64,000 nucleotides of DNA from Camelus dromedarius (taxonomy: Eukaryota): assembly GCF_036321535.1 (NCBI RefSeq), contig NC_087437.1, positions 121,956,001 through 122,020,000 of the forward strand, read 5' to 3'. The translations under genes and the position numbers were made by a program. Below, one piece after another: positions 61,468 through 64,000 of the stretch. Within the stretch, counting starts at the first letter, position 1; every line of letters begins with the position of its first letter. The notes beneath the pieces are model-generated. The model had not been told where the DNA came from. It was given only the letters and a program-made list of their open reading frames with translations, and searched no databases.

Positions 61468-64000
61468 TCTGTGTGCCGCTGAGCACCCCAGCACCCTGAG
61501 GTCCAAGTTCTGTCCAAGGCTGCAGCGCTGCTGCCCTCTGGCCTCAGTTTCTCACCTGTACTTTGAGGCCCCGAGGTTCCTCCCACAGCCCACGTGCCTG
61601 GTGGTCTCCAGCCCAGGTCTGGTTTATTCATCTGTGCGTCCGTGTTACACAGCCATTGCCAAAGCCCTTAGAGTACATTCGACGTGCTTTGTCCGTCTAG
61701 GGCACAAAGGTGGCCACTGAGAACCTGGTTTTAGCTATAGGATTTACCACCCAGATGCCCGACAGACACATCGTCCAGGTTCTGAGTTAACCTGTCTCCC
61801 AGGTGGTCGTCGGAGAAACAGGTGCATCTTTAAACGTCACAGAACGTTACGAGGGCCGGCGTTCTGAAACATTTCTTCCTTCCTCTTCATGCCAGCTTCT
61901 CTCCTGCCGCCTGGTCTGTCTGGCTGGCTTGGTTTCCTCACCGCAGCTCAGCACCTTCAGCCCGTGGAGCCTGGCTCAGTTCCGGGTGCCTGCTGCTGCG
62001 CTGTCTTCACCTTTGCTTTGTGTGGAAGAAGGGGAAAACCATTTCAACCTCCAGGTGCCTGTTTGCGTGAATGGCAGTGACAGGTCATTCGACGTCCTCT
62101 CTGGGTCAGGACAGGAGCCGGATGGAATGGCTCCTTCCACACGGCTGGCACGTCCCAGGCTGCGGTCAAGGGCGAGGCCAGTTATGTAAAGCAGGGCTGC
62201 CTGCCCGGGATTCTCCGGGGCCGTGTGGAGGACAGGCCCCCACTCCCCTGGGCCAGCTGCAGCGCTCCAAAGGCAGGAGCCCAGCGGCCCCTCACTAGGC
62301 CCCCTGCCTGCCCCCAGCCGCCCAGCCCTCTGCCCAGCCACATCTGCAGGTGCCTGTGTGCTCCAAGGTCCAAGCATCTGGCCTCGTGTCAGGCGCAGGA
62401 CACGGCTGCAGAGGTCGGGGTGGCATCCAGAGAGACAAAAGACCCACCGCCATCCTCTCAGCTGACCAACTGTTCCCATGAGGACAGAGCTGCTGAGCCC
62501 CAGCGCTGGCCAGCGCCCCATGCCAGGAGGGGTGGTGCTCACGGCCGTGGGTCCCTGTGCCCTGCACCCTAAATAGCGGGCAGTCATGTTTCCTTCTGCC
62601 ATGGCCTTGTCCCTCCCGCTCAGCAGCTTTCTGCTGTGTGTTGGCTTGTCAGCCTGGCACCCCGGGTCCCCTCGACCTCCAGCCACCCCTCCTTTATGCC
62701 CCCAGGCCCCCGGCTCCTTCTCTGCCCATGACTCTGTTCCTTCGAGCCCCTCTGCTCACTCTTCCTTCCTCGTCACGTCTTCAAGGTCAGCCCCCACCCT
62801 GCTCTCAGCTCCCCTCACCAGACCCAAGGCCAGGGCCCAGTTCTCCCCAGCGCCCTCGGTGGCCAAGAGCCGGGCCCTAGGTGGCCACTGCTTTAAGACT
62901 GTGAATGCGCCGGGAGTGACGGTGCTTCCCTCTCTGCCCGGGAAAGAGCTGCCGCGAGCACTGGCTGGGCTGGCAGCGCAGGGCGCACGGCGGGGCTGTT
63001 AGCATCCTCCTCCCTGCTGGGCTCCTGACACTAGCGTCCCCAGGACTTGGCGCTCGGGTAGCACAGGGGCTGCTTTGTCACCACAGGCCAGGGCTTCAGG
63101 CATGCGTGTCCCTTGACCCAGAGTGATATCCACAAAGAACAGTCCAAGGCAGTAAGACAGGGACAGAAAGAGGTCCTCCCAGAGATTATCGGCGAAGGCT
63201 TGTTTGACGCAACCGTTCAGAACCCGGGGCTCAGTGATTGCAGCCAGCTGTGTTCTCATGCCTGAAAATGCATAGAATTACACGCATAGCATTTTATGCG
63301 TAGAATAGATTACATGGGGGATTTGATCACTACCGTGTAGACTTAATATAATGATGTAGAAAAATACTTCACGTACAGTGTCAAGTGAGAAAAACAGGAC
63401 AAATGTGGGTGGCTTGGTCCTATTTCTGTTAAAAAATACAATGACACGCGCCTACGGAAAAGGAGTGTGAACCGGTCGCCCTCAGAACACGCCGCTGCGA
63501 CTGCTGGTCTTTCTGGGAGGCGATGTTACAGGGTTTGCACACGTGTGTTTCCCCTTTTCCTGAAACAAGCCATCAGGCTGTCGTGGGCAGTGGACCTGCG
63601 GCCTCCCCCTCCTCCAGGCACCTGTGTCGGCATCAGAAAGGGCCGTGCGCTCTGGCCCTCCCAGCGGGCGCCGACGCCATCCTGCCCGGCGCGTGCTCGA
63701 CCCCCTGCCAGCGAGCCTGCTCGGCACCCGAGTGCCGCCACTGCCTGCTAGGTGCTCTTCCCCCTTTGCCTGCACCTGATCTCGTGTGAGGTGGCGAGGG
63801 AGGGGGCGATGCCTGGGCAAAGGGTGGCCTTCTAGTGCTCGGCGGCAGGTGCCCGTTCTGAGGGGGCAGCTGCGTTCCCCACGTCCCCTCGCAGGCCCGG
63901 GGGCCCGTCCGTCTCTCTGCCCAGACCAGCGCCCGCCGCCAGGCTTGCTCTCGGCGTGCACGCACACGGCAGTGCCCAGCTGGTGCGCACTGGCTCTCAG

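Overview
Mammalian genomic DNA that is GC-rich and CpG-rich, with a subtelomeric-like character. The source is most likely a camelid, based on a Vic-1-like tRNA-derived SINE at about 59.0 kb and cetartiodactyl-type L1 3' ends. I recognise no protein-coding exon, RNA gene or prokaryotic system; the long ORFs in the track look like GC-content artefacts. The window reads as intron or intergenic sequence: many old LINE-1 fragments (mostly minus strand), L2, MIR, MaLR LTRs, three ERV1-like solo LTRs (all minus strand) and several mini/microsatellites. Repeat family names come from remembered consensus sequences and their boundaries are approximate. The most distinctive structure is a 96-bp near-perfect inverted duplication at 36.19-36.66 kb in apparently unique sequence. 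Other points of interest: RFX X-box sites followed by splice donors, two candidate plus-strand exons, a CpG-island-like block at 56.4-57.1 kb, a templated palindromic insertion inside an L1, and apparent AT-to-GC drift of ancient repeats. I found no evidence for a novel multi-gene system.
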